Position numbers and translations under genes: made by a program | Origin: a virus | Taxonomy: Duplodnaviria > Heunggongvirae > Uroviricota > Caudoviricetes | Reading direction: 5' to 3' (one strand) | IMG/VR virus record: IMGVR_UViG_2740892234_000004 | Length of the DNA stretch: 6,621 nt | Part shown: in pieces, positions 5,907 to 6,621 of the stretch | Layout: every line of letters begins with the position of its first letter | Position numbering within the stretch: position 1 is the stretch's first letter | The notes under the pieces: model-generated | Seen by the model: the letters and a program-made list of their open reading frames with translations, nothing else | What the model was told of the DNA's origin: nothing | Database searches by the model: none

Positions 5907-6012
5907 GCCTCCCCTCATCACACAAACCGTTCAAAAAACCACCACGACCTCGCTTCAGTTATCGCTATGCGATTCAAGTCACAAAATTAATTCTTTTTGC
6001 CATCAAACATTT

Positions 6013-6078
6013 AATAGCAAAACACATCTAACAATAGCAATAAGTATTAATATCACCAATAGCAATAGCTATTATCAC
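6013..6078. promoter_or_regulatory. OL-like operator cluster with possible PL-like promoter
   Basis: AATAGCAAAAC (6013-6023), AATAGCAATAAGTATTAA (6033-6050), AATAGCAAT (6058-6066), plus TATCACC twice (6051-6057, 6072-6078). Weak rightward promoter candidate: -35 TTAATA (6047-6052), 17 nt, -10 TATTAT (6070-6075). Confidence 0.35.
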
Positions 6079-6350
6079 CATGTCGCAACAACACAACGAT
6101 ACGGCAACCACCTGATTCACCGTTGCGATGACCGCTTAGATCCGCAGCTTGAATTTCAGCAGGCTCCGGGGAGTGCGAGGGGTGAAACGGACGCGTGAAC
6201 GTCGGTGTGACCAGCTGAAATCAACTCAACACTTCATACCTCAGTTGCTTCAACGAGGCGACTTAGTTATGACAACCGGCGGCCATCCACCGCCAGATAC
6301 TGCGCAACCCCTTATTTGTTCAGCAGCCCAGCTTACGGGCAGGAGTTTTT

Positions 6351-6557
6351 ATGGTTCATCAACATTACGGAACGCAGACCGTTAATCGCGGTGCGGTCAT
6401 GCCAGGAATGCTGGTCAAACACAAAGATGGAACCTGGACTGCATCAGCTAATTTACGCGGACGGCTTTATCTGCATCGCGGCATCGAGCGCACTTATACC
6501 CGTGATTTGCTCGTGGAAGTTTTTCTCGACGGACGCGGCAACGGCCTGAATCACTAA
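6351..6557 (+). CDS. Hypothetical small protein, 68 aa
   Basis: ATG at 6351 preceded by AGGAG (6341-6345) with 5-nt spacer; stop TAA 6555-6557. Lies downstream of the OL-like region, in the position of a first leftward early gene. No recognisable motif; not Arg-rich like lambda N. Confidence 0.5.
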   Translation: MVHQHYGTQTVNRGAVMPGMLVKHKDGTWTASANLRGRLYLHRGIERTYTRDLLVEVFLDGRGNGLNH

Positions 6558-6621
6558 TCCCCTTTCCTGTTTACCTAATCAGCCTGGCATTTCGCGGGCG
6601 ATATTTTCACAGCCATTTTCA

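Noticed and set aside
6051-6078. TATCACC motifs read as lambda cI operator half-sites
   Set aside because: The repressor here is not lambda cI and the full 17-bp lambda operator is absent; a 7-mer occurring twice is weak evidence, so it is noted only within the OL-like cluster.
5890-6198. 102-aa plus-strand ORF
   Set aside because: Begins with GTG inside the terminator stem and runs through the operator-like repeats; low-complexity translation (TTTT, NSNSYYHH) and no RBS; more likely non-coding regulatory DNA.
6149-6385. 78-aa ORF with Arg-rich N-terminus (RLRGVRGVKRTRERR), considered as an N-like antiterminator
   Set aside because: Starts at TTG with no RBS and overlaps the better-supported 68-aa ORF; the Arg richness is plausibly a by-product of CGN codons in a GC-rich non-coding frame. 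Worth only a quick check.
6316-6549. 77-aa plus-strand ORF
   Set aside because: Alternative frame almost entirely overlapping the 68-aa ORF, which has the strong AGGAG RBS; no separate initiation signal.

Overview
This window is the early/immunity region of a lambdoid prophage from an enterobacterium, read right-to-left relative to the lambda map. It has two parts. (1) Positions 1-2596 are eight short fragments separated by N10 runs (392-401, 904-913, 1146-1155, 1214-1223, 1397-1406, 1750-1759, 2000-2009, 2587-2596). They carry redundant, slightly different alleles of the lambda-type ren, P and O genes, including a lambda-type iteron origin, and look like a scaffold of collapsed repeat contigs rather than one contiguous locus. 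Every ORF in the supplied track that crosses an N run is a chimera. (2) Positions 2597-6621 are contiguous and encode, on the minus strand, an O-like initiator N-terminal domain with a different iteron origin (five TTACCT..AGGTAA repeats), a YdaT-like protein in the cII slot and a Cro/YdaS-like HTH protein. A divergent PR/PRM-like control region follows, then on the plus strand a cI-like SOS-cleavable repressor (HTH plus S24 peptidase) that appears leaderless. Directly downstream of the repressor, in the slot lambda uses for rexAB, sits an AT-rich orphan gene of about 313-317 aa ending in a strong intrinsic terminator. I do not recognise this protein and consider it the best candidate for an undescribed lysogen-expressed phage-defence or exclusion function. 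Beyond it are operator-like repeats matching those in the cro/cI intergenic region and a 68-aa ORF with a strong RBS. All calls are from reading the sequence and recalling lambda protein sequences; no searches were run.
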